DNA from: the human T2T-CHM13v2.0 reference genome, Homo sapiens
DNA: 64,000 bases
Reading direction: 5' to 3' (one strand)
NCBI RefSeq assembly: GCF_009914755.1
Contig: NC_060926.1
Made by a program: the position numbers and the translations under genes. Every line of letters starts with the position of its first letter. Position 1 is the stretch's first letter. Under the pieces are notes generated by a model that was not told the DNA's origin, ran no database searches, and worked only from the letters and a program-made list of their open reading frames with translations. This document shows, piece by piece, positions 1 to 12,562 of this stretch.

Positions 1-574
1 GGAAGAAAGGAGTGACTATGAAAAGGTACAGGCAAAATAAATTTTCAGAGCATAGCAGGTGACTGGATATGGGAATGTAAAAATAAATATGATATTACAT
101 ATGTACGCCCTGATTTCAATAGTAACAATTTTCTAATCGTGTATATGAAGAGTGTAGCTAAAAAGATAACCCAGAATATATTCTCATTTTCATATTTAAT
201 AAATGTTTTCTGCTTTTTTCTTCAGAGTACAACTACAATTATAACCTCAGTCATTTTTGTAGTAACCCAAGGGGTTAGGAGATGACAGTTCTCTGAAGGC
301 ATGGTACCTATTTTTTTTCTTTCCCTGAAGTGTACGTTTGTGCTACATGATTAATAATTTATTTCAGATAGTTTATATGGACTATTTTTTAAGAAAAACA
401 ACTTCCTTTCACACATAAATACACACACATAACACACACACACACATAAACACAATGAATACGCATCTTGGCAAATGACCATTTCATGTGCTGGGGTGGT
501 AGAAAATGTGGTTTGGGGCTTAAAACACAAAAAATCATGGCTTTCTTTTCACAAAAGTTATTGAACAACAGATT

Positions 575-1260
575 GACACCTGACATTACCTCTACCTCTG
601 CTACCATGGCACCTTTTTTTATGAGCCATGGATCAATGAGAAGAGTAGCTGAGGAAAGAGGCTGACTGCTATTCACTTGATTATTAAAACCCTTTGCTGC
701 TGAGGTCACCTTTTGGTGACTATTCACATGGGACACAAACACCTTCTTGTTCTCTCCCCCACACCCCCATACAGTGAGCTCTATCAACATAACTCTTCAC
801 CAGACTTCTTTATCACTATTTTTTCAGTCATGTTCCTTCCAAGTCCCTGACCATTCAGCCAAACCAGTGGATACAGCCCATGAGTTGGTATATTATCACA
901 CATCTGGCCACTTCTCCTTCCAAGCAAAGTGAACAATCGCTGTTGTTTGAGGCTGTCTCAGAAAGAGGCTGTAGTCCTGCAGCTGTCCACTTTAAGGTGG
1001 TGTGTACATGGTATATGTTGTACAGGCTCATTCGTTAACCAGACCTGAGTCTTCTTCCTCTGTTAAGTAATTTTTGGGAACTCCTCATGAGGTGATAGGC
1101 AGAGAAGGCAGTACAGCGAAAGTGCAGGCTAGGGGCATTGAAGCCATTTCATCATGTAACTTACTTGTTAGTTCAGGGTGTGATCATGTATATACCATTT
1201 TCATTTGTTGATAGAGAGCTGCTGATAACTTTAAAATTTATGGTTAGGTGGCTCAGATGA
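575..1260 (-). mobile_element. ERVL (HERV-L-like) internal fragment, decayed pol (RNase H to start of integrase)
   Basis: ORF 389..790(-) contains KVFVSHVNSHQKVTSA...FNNQV...SQPLS, resembling ERVL pol KIFVSHVNAHQRVTSAEEDFNNQV...SQPLSP. Frameshifted, with no LTRs seen. Confidence 0.8.
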
Positions 1261-1971
1261 CTGAGCCTCTGGCTTTAATGACATGAAGGTGACTGAGAGT
1301 TGTCTAGCCTGACATTTCAGTGAGAGATATGGAGCCTTCAGATGATCTTCCCCTATCTTGTGAAATACCTGACCATCAGGATAGCTGTGGTTTAGGACTA
1401 CATATTAGACCATACAGCTGTAATAGTTTTGATTGCACTCTATGTTTCATTATTCATTGGAGAGCTGGTATCCACAATATCCAACTTCGTGTGTCAATAT
1501 ATCATGTGTTTAAACATTTGGAATTTTTGTAGGAAATGTGTTCTATACTGATGAGCATTTACTACTTTCTTCTACAAAATAGAATTAAAACTACATGAAT
1601 ATCATTGGGAAGTAAGCCAGACAGAGTTTATATGTGTATTTCAATAGTTTTAGTAAAGCATATCAGCTTATCAGGAGTCCTTATGTGCCACATTTTTATG
1701 TGAAAATCTTTTACCTGAAATGCCAGGTTTGTTAACTTCATAGGCATAAAGAGATTCAAGGCTGCCAATTGTCTACTGCTTTATAACTTGTATTGACTCA
1801 TTAGGACTGACCTTGCAGATCCAAATATAGTATGGAAATATTACATTGAAGAACGTTAACTTTTTTTTTAGAATGGAGGTGTTCTTCCTTTCTCTGAAAC
1901 CACTCACCTAGCCACTCTTAATATGTGTACATGGGTAATTTTGGAGGGAGTGTGTGGGGAAAGAATTACAA

Positions 1972-3015
1972 TTTTATTTCATTTTTACTTTATTCTATAA
2001 TTGCAACTTTTATTTTAGATTCAGGGATAATGCCAGATTTGTTACATGACTATATTGTGTGATGCTGAGGTTTGGGATACAGATGATCCTGTCACCCAGA
2101 GAGTGAGCATAGTACCCAGTAGGTAGATTTTCAAAGCTTGCCCCCTTCTCCCTTTAGTAATATTCAGTGTGTATTATTGCCATCTTTATGTCCATGTTTA
2201 CCCAATGTTTAGCTCCCACTTATAAGTGAGAACATGTAGTATTTGGTTTTTTGGTCCTGTGTTTATTTGCTTAGGTTAATGGCCTCCAGCTACATCCATG
2301 TTGCTGCAAAGAACACGATTTTATTCTTTTTATGGCTAAATAGTATTCCGTGGTGTATATGTATGATATATTCTTTATCCAATCCTCTATGGATGAGCAT
2401 CTAGGTTGATTTTCATATCTTTGTTATTGTGAACAGTGTTGCATTTTTGAATATATGTGTGCATGGGTCTTTTTGGCAGAATGATTTATTTTCTTTTGGA
2501 TATATACCCAGTAATAAGATTGCTGGGTGGAATGGTAGTTCGAAGTTCTTTGAGAAATCTCCAAACTGCTTTCCACAGTGGCTGAACTAATTTAAATTCC
2601 TACCTACAGTGTATAAGCATTTCCTTTTCTCCATGGCCTCATCAGCATGTGTTATTTTTGACTTTTTACTAATAGCCATTCTGACTGGTGTGTGATGGTA
2701 TCTCATTGTGGCTTTGACTTGCATTTCTCTAATAATTAGTGATTTTGATTATTTTTTCATATGTTTGCTGGCTGTTTGTATGTCTTCTTTTGAGATGTGT
2801 CTGTTTATGTTTTGTACATACTTCTCAATTTTTTTAAAATGCTTGTTGATTTGTTTAAGTTTCTTATAGGTCCTTTGTCAGATGCATAGTTTGCAAATAT
2901 TTTTCCCATTCTGTAGGTTGTCTGTTTACTTTCCTGATAGTTTCTTTGCTGTGCCTAAGCTCTTTAATTAGGTCCCGCTTGTCAATTTTTGTTTCTGTTG
3001 CCATTACTTTTTAGG
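1972..3015 (-). mobile_element. L1 3' end (older L1PA/L1PB-type), non-inverted part
   Basis: T-rich tail, then antisense L1 3'UTR (gtgagcatagtaccc, ctcccacttataagtgagaacatg) and the antisense ORF2 C-terminus. Confidence 0.9.
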
Positions 3016-3370
3016 ACAAAAAAAGAGCCTGAATAGCCAAAGCTATTCTAAATAAAAAGAACAAAGCCAGAGGTATTACATTACCCAACCTCAAACTATA
3101 CTATAAGGTTACCCTAACCAAAACAGCTTGGTACTGGCAGAAAAAGAGACACCTCAATCTATGGAACAGAATAGGGAGCCCAGAAATAAAGCTGCACACC
3201 TACAGCCTTCTGATCTTCAACAGAGTCAACAAAAATAAGCAATGAGGAAAGGACCAAATTCAACAAACGGTGCTGGGATAACTAGCTAACCATATGCAGA
3301 AGATACATATACAAATACAAATATTACTAAAATATTATATTGCCATATACAAATATTAACTCAAGATGGG
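3016..3370 (+). mobile_element. Inverted 5' segment of the same L1 (ORF2 fragment)
   Basis: Sense L1 ORF2 (aaaaagagcctgaatagccaaagc...ttaactcaagatgg) directly abuts the antisense segment and maps just upstream of it on the L1 consensus. Confidence 0.85.
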
Positions 3371-3514
3371 AAATTCTATATAATAACTTAATAAATATTT
3401 AGTCTTACAATCTATGACAAGGAAATGTATATCTCTATAAATATATACACTATGTAAAGTAATCTCTGTCCATTGAATAAAATGCCTCGTGAAACTTTAA
3501 TATGTAACCACCTC

Positions 3515-3900
3515 AGGCTTTCTTCCTGCTTTAAACATCTCAAGGATTTCCCACTGAACTCAGAATGACATTCAAACTCCTTATCTTAAGTCTATTTCAA
3601 TCTTCTTACTACTGTAGTCCCATCTCCCACTTCACACACCCTCGAAACTCCATTGAGCCTCCACGTGGCTGCTCTGTTCTTGTCATTCAGCTCTCTCCAG
3701 TCACATGTCATCTCCCCAGATGAAACCTTCCTGGCTATCAAATCCAAACGCCTCTGCAGTTTCTATTACTTCAGTGATTCTACCTTCTTGAGGAATACAT
3801 CACCATGTGAAATGACCATTAATATTTTTACTGCCATGAGCAAGGACTTAAAGAGGGTTTGTACTGCCCTTTGGGGTATACAACAATCCTCCACTTGGTC
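3515..3900 (+). mobile_element. L2 fragment
   Basis: ctgctttaaacatctcaaggatttcccactgaactcagaatgacattcaaactcctt resembles the L2 3' region. Highly diverged. Confidence 0.55.
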
Positions 3901-4829
3901 TGGAATTTGAATTCAGAATGTCAGTGCCTGCTTTTACTCTCTGAAACTAAAGAATTTTATCTAAAGAAACAAGTTGCCTTCAGATCTTCTTTTACTCTCA
4001 CAAATGAAACCAAGTCATGTAGATATGAATCAGATATGAAGTAATATTGAAAATATATTTGAATTGCATTTATATACTTTAATATAGAAAATTAAATGAA
4101 TATCTATCTATCTATCTATCTAATACTTCTGATTTCTCTGAAATTTTTTTCCTGTTTCCAATATTATTCTGAGAACAATCCTGTAAGTTAAGGAAGTTTA
4201 AGAAGGCTGATATTTCCTGACTATAAGGAATACTTTTGTATATTTGAAATATTTAAAAGTGGTACAGTTTGCACATGAGTGTAGAGTTTACTGTAACTAA
4301 AGTATCAAAAAAACCTCGAGTCTTCTCTCAGAAACAATCTAAAAAGAATTATTTTAGTAGATGAGAAGTTACCAAAAAATCGTTTCTAAAGGTGACTTCC
4401 AAAATAATGATTTTTGCATATACTTTTTTAAAAAACATTCTTGGCTCCAAACATAAACTTCCTAGTGTACTGCTTTCCTTCTTTAGACTTTTCATATATA
4501 TATATAAAATATTGTGTATTTTAATATGAGGAAAATATATTTTTATAGTATATATTATAAATATATAATATATTTTAAGACTGCATAAAACAACAAAAAT
4601 CACATAAAAGCATAAAGTATAGGAATTCTTCCACATTTCCTTTATATTAATATACCTAATTTAGTTATGTAAATATATAGTATTTATATTGCTTTGTGGG
4701 CTTCACACCAGGAGTTCAAATAGTTTTTATTACAGGAAATGATACATTTGTATCTGTTTTTTTATTTGTTATTCTTTTTCTTAATACAATGGAAGAATCT
4801 CCAAGTTATTACCTTCAAAGTGGTCTTGT

Positions 4830-5115
4830 ATTTTTAATTTAATGTTTTATTCAGGTATAATTGACACACAGTAAACTGTACATATGTACTTAAAAATTGT
4901 GTAAGTTTTGAAGTACGTGGGCATGGGTGAACTGTCACTATAATCATGATAATAAACATATCCATCACCCTCAAATATACCTTGTGCCCCTTTACAATAA
5001 TATTTTTCCTACTGTTGTGAGCCCTGAATTCCCAAGAAACCATTCATTTACTTTCATTCACTGTTGAATTGTTTGCTTCTTTTATAATTATAAAGAATTT
5101 ATACCATATATATAT
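4830..5115 (-). mobile_element. L1M (L1MB/L1MC-type) 3'UTR fragment
   Basis: ttttattcaggtataattgacacacagtaaactgtacat...aacatatccatcaccctcaaa is a typical antisense L1M 3' end. Confidence 0.7.
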
Positions 5116-5189
5116 ATTTATTTTTTGTGCCTTTAAACCACATTCTGAAAGCAAATACCTTATAATTTTAATCTTCATAAATTTTACCC

Positions 5190-6925
5190 TTTCTTTCTTG
5201 CTTTTATTGTAGTGAGAACACTTAACATGATATGTAGCCTCTCAACAAAGTTTTAAGTGTATAATACAGTATTGTGAACTCTAAGCACAGTGTTGCATAA
5301 CAGGTCTCTAGAACTTATTCATCTTGTAAAACTGAAACTTTATACCCTTTGAAAAAGAACTCCTTATTTTTTTCTCACTGCAGCCCCTAGCAGTCATCTT
5401 TCTATTTTGTTTTTATGAATTTGACTGTGTTAGATTCCTCATATAAATGAAATCATGCAGTATTTGTCCTTCTGTGATAAGCCAATTTCACTTAACATAG
5501 TCCCTCCAAGTCCAACATGTTGCATATGGTACGATTTCCTTCTTTGTTAAGGCTGAATAATATTTCATTCTATGTCTATGCCATGTTTTATTTGTCCATT
5601 TATCCATTGATGGACATTTAGGTTGCTTTCATATCTTGACTTTTGTCAATAATGCTGCAATGAAAATGAAAGTCCAGATTTTTTTGGAGATCATGATTTT
5701 AATATTTTGGATATATATCCAGAAGGAAGATTGTTGGATCATATATTAGTTCCATATTTAATGTTTTGAGAGATGTGACTATTGTTTTTATGGCAGATAC
5801 TTCATTTTACATTCCCACCAGCAGTGTACAAGTGTTCCAATTTCTCCACATTATCACCAGCATTTTAATCTTTTGTTTACTTTTTTATAGTAGCCATTCG
5901 AACAGGAGTGTAGTGATATTTTGTTGTGGTTTTGATTAGCTTTTATTTGAGGATTAGTGATGTTGAGCATCTTTTCATATATCTGTTGACCATTTATATA
6001 TTACTTTGGAGAACTGTTTTCTCACATTCTTTGTCCATATTTTAACTGGGATACTTGCTTTTTTGTTATCAAGTTGTAGAAGTTACCTGCATATTTTAGA
6101 TATTGATCCTTTTTCAGATATATGTTTTGCAAATATTTTCTCCCATACTGTATGTTGCCTCTGCACTCTGTTGGTTGTTTCCTTTGCTGTGCAGAAGCTT
6201 TTAAGTTAGATGGAGTACTACTTGTCTATTTTTGCTTTTGTTGCTTGCACTTTTTATGCATATTTTAAAAAATTGCTTAGTCTAATGCCATGAATCTCTC
6301 CTTCTATGTTTTCTTTTATGATTTTTAATTAATCTTTAATCCATTTTATTTTGTGTATGGTGTAAGAGAAGCATCCAATTTTATTGTTTTTCATATGAAT
6401 CCTCAGTTTTCTCAACACCATTTATTGAAGAGACTGTCCTTTCTCCTTTTTGTGTTATTGGCACCCTTGTCAAAGATCAGTTGACCATACATATATGGGT
6501 TTATTTCTGGGCTTTCTATTCTGTTCCATTATTCTGTCTGTCTATTTTAATTTCATTATTATACTGTTTTGATTACTATAGCATTGTAGTGTATTTTGAA
6601 ATTCGGAATTGTAATGCGTCCAGTTTTGTTGTTCTTAAGATTGATTTGGATTTTGTGAATCCTTATGAATATTAGTATAATTATAATCTTTTTCTGTAAG
6701 AAATGCATTAGTATTTTGATAGGGATTTCATTGAATCTGTAAGTCTTCTTGAGTAATGAGGACACTTTACCAATATTAAGTCATCCAGTCCACAAACATG
6801 GGATGTCTTTTTATTTTTTTGTGATCTCTTTAATTTCTTTCATCAGAGTTATGTAGTTTTCAGTGTCCAAGTCTTTCAACTACTTGATTAAGTTTATTCC
6901 TATGAAGTTAATTCTTTTTGATGAT
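5190..6925 (-). mobile_element. L1MA/L1MB 3'UTR plus ORF2 C-terminal part
   Basis: gtgagaacacttaacatga...tctctagaacttattcatcttg. ORF 6559..6765(-) has YRFNEIPIKI...GRITIPNFKIHYNAIVIKTV, an L1 ORF2 motif. Confidence 0.9.
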
Positions 6926-6974
6926 ATCAAGTGGGTGATCTTCCTGCCTCAGCCTCACAAAACAGTCTACTTAA

Positions 6975-7890
6975 TTTTTGGTGGGGAGTTTTACCAGACA
7001 TAGTATATTCCTGGGTTGCAATTTTTTTATTTCATCCTTTTGAATAGATAATCCCATTGTTTACTAGTCTGCAAGGTATTGCTAAGAAACCCATTGATAG
7101 TCTTATTGAAGCTCTCCCATACATGATGAGTTTATTTCGATGCTTTCAAAATTATCTCTTTGTCTTTAATGTCGACACGTTGGCTGTAATGAGTCTTGGT
7201 GTAAGTTATACTTTTGGTTGATTCTGTCTGCAAACTTCTGAGCTTCGTAAATCTCAATGTCTATTTCTCTCTCTGTATTTGAGAAGTTTTGGCCATTATT
7301 TCTTTAAATAAGCTTTTGATTCCTTTCTTTTGTTCTTCCAGAACTTTCATAATGCATATATTAGTTGGTTTGATGGTGCCCGTAATTCTCTTAAACTTTC
7401 TTCACTCCTATTCATTCTTTTATTCTTTTTGTTTCTCTTATAATTTCTAATGACCTTCAAGCTTTCTGGTTCTTTCTTCTGATCAAGTCTGCTGTTGAAC
7501 TACACTAGGAAATTTTTCAGTTTAGTTATACTCATCAGCTCCAGAGTTTCTCTTTGCTTCTTTGCATAGTTTCTGCCCTTTGTTGATATCCTTGATTTAT
7601 TCCTGTATCATTTTTTTCTTATCTTATACAGTTGTCCATCTTTGTTTTTTGTAACTCACTGAGCTTCTTTAAAACAATTATATTGAGCGTTTATAAGGAA
7701 ATTTATAGATTTCCATTTCTAATTTAGGTAACTGGAGATTTATTTATTTTTTAATTGAGTCATGTTTCCCCAATTCTTTTTGTTCCTTGTGGCTTTCCAT
7801 TAGCGTCTGTATATTTGAAGAAATAGCCACCTCTCCCAGTCTTTACAGACTGGCTTCAATAGTAAAGGACCTTAACCAATCAGCCAAGTT
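6975..7890 (-). mobile_element. L1M 5'/ORF1-region fragment
   Basis: Antisense ORF1-type sequence (ttcaaaattatctctttgtcttt, agaagttttggccattatttctttaaata, cactgagcttctttaaaacaatta). Confidence 0.7.
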
Positions 7891-8216
7891 AGACAGTCTA
7901 GATTACTCCTCAATGATTGTGACAAAGATGGCTATTTTTTTTCATGATCCAGTTCTATATGTTGCTCTGGGAGTCATTTCTGGGCAAGCCAGTTCTCCAT
8001 ATTCTCCACTGACTTTATATATGCACCTAGTTCCCTCTGTTATGTTATATTTGCCTAACATAGCTAAATTGAATTTCATTTTCTGCAACTAAAGCTTCAT
8101 AAAATTATCCAAACCACGGTTTAATTTCACCATTATGTGGGAACTTACATGAACCATCTAAAAAAAAAGTATGTCTTCCATGAGTGATAATAGGTTGTAT
8201 ATGGCACTCTAATGAT

Positions 8217-8360
8217 ACTTGTCTACATAGTTGTACTTGTATTTCATATTTTCCTCTCTAGATCACAAAGTCTTGAAACAATAACTATGTGCCATATACC
8301 AACATGTACAGAACAACATCTAATTCTTAGTTTTGGAGAATATTTTAAGACAAAATAAAA
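8217..8360 (+). repeat. 144-bp dispersed direct repeat, copy 1
   Basis: Ungapped match to 9387-9530 with 5 mismatches, counted by eye. Confidence 0.95.
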
Positions 8361-9386
8361 GTATAGGCTATATCACAGGATTATCATTAAAAATTCTGGA
8401 CAGTGAAAATATTAACAACGCATTTGTTTCTAAGATATTTCATTAGTAACTACGTGCTAGCTAGGAAACAACTATTAAATGCTGCCTTTTGTATTAAAAT
8501 GCATACTGAGTACAAGGCAAAGAAAATTTGTCCTTAATGCAAAAGAGGAAATAATATGTTGTGTCAGATGAAATTAAATTCATATTTGGTTTGTTGCATA
8601 TACAAAATAATATGCATGGGAAATTAAGTAAGGTCATTTTGAGATCTTTTTAAGCAACATGAAGAGATTTATTAAAAATAGGCTATGCAATAAGATTTTG
8701 TTTAAAAACACTGGTACAGAGAATAAATGGATTAAATATTTAACAGTTATAATAAATTACTCCACTGTATTTTAATGTTTTAACTTTAAATGCCTCTTAT
8801 TAACTAGAATAATTTGTATATTATAGGGTGGTTAATTGTTAAATCATGTTGGAAAGTGGTTGATCTGCTTCAAATGGTTCCTAATTTGAATTAAAATACA
8901 AAAGTCATTCAGAAACATTCAGGTGCCTCCCTCTTACTTTGCTTTCTGTTCATCTTACTTCCTCTGACAATCCCAAATCAGCAGAAACAAATTACATGCA
9001 CATGCACACACTATTCCTGGCTGCCAACATTTAAATGTCTCCATTTTATTTTAATGTTGGTAAACTATTAAATATGCATTACTACTCATATGTCTACAGC
9101 TACATTTCTAAAGTTTAGAATTGTTATATTCTGTTTCATTTTTATGTTAAAATATATTTACATTTGTTCAGTAAAAAGCTGGCATTGCATATTTTCAAGG
9201 ATGACTTCTACAGCTTGTGAATTATTCCAAGTGACTGATAGGATACAGTCAATAAATGAAATTATCTAAAAAGTGCTAAGAAAGCATTCAGAGAACAGTG
9301 AATGTGAAGAGTGGCTTGGTTGCTGTAGTGTTGTGAATGAGCATTAAAAGAAATAATAAGGTCCACACAATTTTTCGAGTAAGGTA

Positions 9387-9530
9387 ACTTGTCTACATAG
9401 TTGTATTTGTATTTCATATTTTCCTCTCTAGATCACAAAGTCTTGAAACAACAACTATGTGCCATATACCAACATGTACACAACAATATCTAATTCATAG
9501 TTTTGGAGAATATTTTAAGACAAAATAAAA
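9387..9530 (+). repeat. 144-bp dispersed direct repeat, copy 2
   Basis: acttgtctacatag...ttttaagacaaaataaaa, offset 1170 bp from copy 1. Confidence 0.95.
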
Positions 9531-10090
9531 TAAAAATATTTCTTAATGTGAAGGACAATCCAAGACTGAATACATTTTATAAATGACAGAGAGAAAGGAA
9601 ATCTGGCATTACTGCTTTCCTTTATACCTTCTTCATACTCAGAAGAAGTAAATATTGAAGGATGAGTCTTCAAAAAGGTCGGAGTTAGTAAAAGTTTCTC
9701 TCTGGCTTTAGCCTTCTTCCATATAAGGCTGGTAGCCAGACTAAGAACTTAAATACCCTGTGTCCCACGAGAGTAGCCTAAGGAAAATCTTGGACACTTT
9801 TTCACAAAATTGCAAAAGGTTCCTAAGTATCAATTTTTGTAGTCTTCAGGATTCAAGATTCAAAATAGCTTGGGGACTAACTGTTCTGGACTTATAGAAT
9901 GAGTGTAATTTGGACAAGACCTATTATTGGGTAATGAGGACTAGGTGACACAGACATAAGTTATTGAGTACTCATGAAGTTTAGTTAAAGTGCAGTTAAA
10001 GTGTTCACTTCTGAAAATATGCCCACATTTGTGACTGAGTTTTATAGTTCTTTACCTTACTCTAAGAATAATAAAAGATATAAGTGCAAC

Positions 10091-10400
10091 ATTTTTTTTA
10101 AAGAGACATGGTCTCACTGTGTCACCCAAGCTGGAGGGCAGCAGGATGATCATGGCTCTCACTGTTACCTTGAATTCTGGGCTCAAGTGATCCTCTCATC
10201 TCAGCCTCCCACATATAGCTAGGACTACAGGCATATGCCACCATGCTCAGCTGATTTTTTAATTTTTATTTTTTAATTCTGGTAGTGATGAGGTCCAGCT
10301 ATGTTGCCTAGGCTTATCTTGAACTCCAGAGCTTAAGCCATCAACTCGCCCCAACCTCCCAAAGTGCTGATATTATAGGCATGAGCTACTGTACCCAGCC
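10091..10400 (-). mobile_element. AluJ
   Basis: Dimeric antisense Alu with AluJ-like features (gctcaagtgatcctc, ctatgttgcctaggc) and heavy CpG decay. Confidence 0.9.
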
Positions 10401-12371
10401 ACATCCGATACTTTTTAAAAGACAATTATTCTATCATGTTCTTAAATATTTCTATAACTTTATCAATTTTTATGAGTATTTTGGTAAATTATTAATTTCT
10501 AAAAGAAACACTGAGTATAGGGGACTGATAAGGAATTACAATATGTTTACATTGTTAGTTTTTCACTAAATCTGCTTTGCTTCACGCGGGTTTTGGCTCA
10601 TAATAGGCATTCAACTAATACATTTTTAATGAATGAATAAGTTCAAGCAGATGCTCTAACATTGTTTCACGCCAACAGGTCTAATGCATATAAGAGCAAC
10701 ATTTGGGAGAATGAGCCCAACCAAAATCCATTATTCCTATCAGTTTTGTAACTTGTAAATAGTGAGTTGTGTTTAATTTAAATTACTTAGAAGAAATATC
10801 AGAAGGCATTATATAGCTTTTAATTTTAGTAAACAGAAATAGAACAATGAGAAAACCAAAGAAGCATTATGACTCCAGAATCATAAACTTTGAGGAATGT
10901 AACTATAATTATATACCTTGCCATTTTCATGATTATGAATGTCTGGTAGTACTTTCTTCATGTATTTTCCTAAGCCAGTACTTTCACATTTTTGTAATGG
11001 TATTGCAAATAGTATCTTATATTCTGTTTTATCTAATATTTTGATATAAGTATTTTATATTTTCTTTTAGTAATGTAATAATATATGAATAATCAATGCA
11101 ATATTTACACAATTCATGATTTACAGATTATTAAAATCAGTAAAAATTGCAATTGGCGAAAAGGCACATAATATAAAAATTTTGCAATATAGTAAGTGTT
11201 ACAGTAATTTATCTTTAAGTAACTCCTGATGGCAGTAATGTGCTCACGATTTCTAGGCTTGTGGGATCTAAAATAAAAGACAGGATGAATTAAATATCTC
11301 AATTTTGTGTAAGAATATCATATAATTTAAACACATAAATTATTGAATGCTTACATGGAGTGAATAACTTTTAGTTATTTGAATTTTAATACTACCCAAG
11401 ACAAATATTATATGAGCCAAATACTAGACAAGACAAATTCTAGCAGCAGGTTTAAGAAGTGTTTTAGTTGGTTTGTGTGTGTGTATATGTGTGTACACGC
11501 AACTGAGTTTGTGAACATGAATGTAAAAATATTCAAGATTATAACTAGTGTGAATGGAGAGAAGAAAATAATTTTTTGTTTGTATTAAATGTCAGATTTT
11601 CTTTTTGTACTTCGTACATGTTAATAAACTTTATACTCCTCCAACTGTCCTCTTTTGACCACAGTGTAGAACACCCTGGAAGAGCCTAGGTGGAAACCCT
11701 GTCATAACTCCTCTCTAAAATCATAATATAATAAACACCAAGCACTACAGGCATCCCATCCTGGCAGGGTATCAGATGTAAAGACAAACGAATTAGACAT
11801 AAATAAATAATTTGAATTATGATTTACTGAAATTTATTGAAAAATGGCAGATGGAGATAATATTTATAAATTACTATGCTTCTTAAAATTAGTTTTTGTA
11901 CGTCTCTCTCTCATGATCCTTCTTGTGCAGCAACTGCCCTGAAATCTTTTCATTTATTTTTGTCTTCCCAGTTTTTTAGAATTATTTTCCCAAATTTCTT
12001 TCAATTATGTACTCTTACCTTTCTCCAGATTCTTTTTTTTAGATCTATTTGCTGTTGTTTTGTTGGTTTCATCAGTAACTCTGTCCTGCTGTTCCAAAAT
12101 AATTTTTCAACATCCTTTTAAGGCACCTCAGTGCTTCCCTTTACCCAGTTTTCAAATTCTTCACAGTAAATGTCCAGGTTTCAAATTGGCAAAACTAGAA
12201 TTCTTTGTGTTGAATACAAGATAGGAGAGAAGAGAGATACTGTGAATTCACACAAGTAAGATTCTCTTTTGCCGCCATCCATTACAAGAACTGTGGAAAA
12301 GGGTTATTTCATTACATGTAAGTTGGCAAACAAACCATGGTCACTTTTAGAGTATACTCATAATTATATGT

Positions 12372-12562
12372 ATTTTATTTTATTTTTATTGAGACATAAT
12401 ATTTGTGCATGTTTATGGAGTACATGTGATATTTCGTTACATGCATATAATGTGTAATGATCAAGTCAGGTTATTTAGTGTGTCTATCACTTCAAGTATT
12501 TATCATTTCTATTTGTTTTTAACATTTCAAGTCCTCTCTTAAAGCTATTTTGAAATATACAT
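12372..12562 (-). mobile_element. L1MA extreme 3' end (non-inverted part of a 5'-inverted L1)
   Basis: T-rich tail plus gagtacatgtgatattt...tgtgtaatgatcaagtcagg...gctattttgaaatatac. Confidence 0.85.

Noticed and set aside
389-790. 133-aa ORF as a gene
   Set aside because: It is a frameshifted ERVL pol remnant running into a (TG)n repeat.
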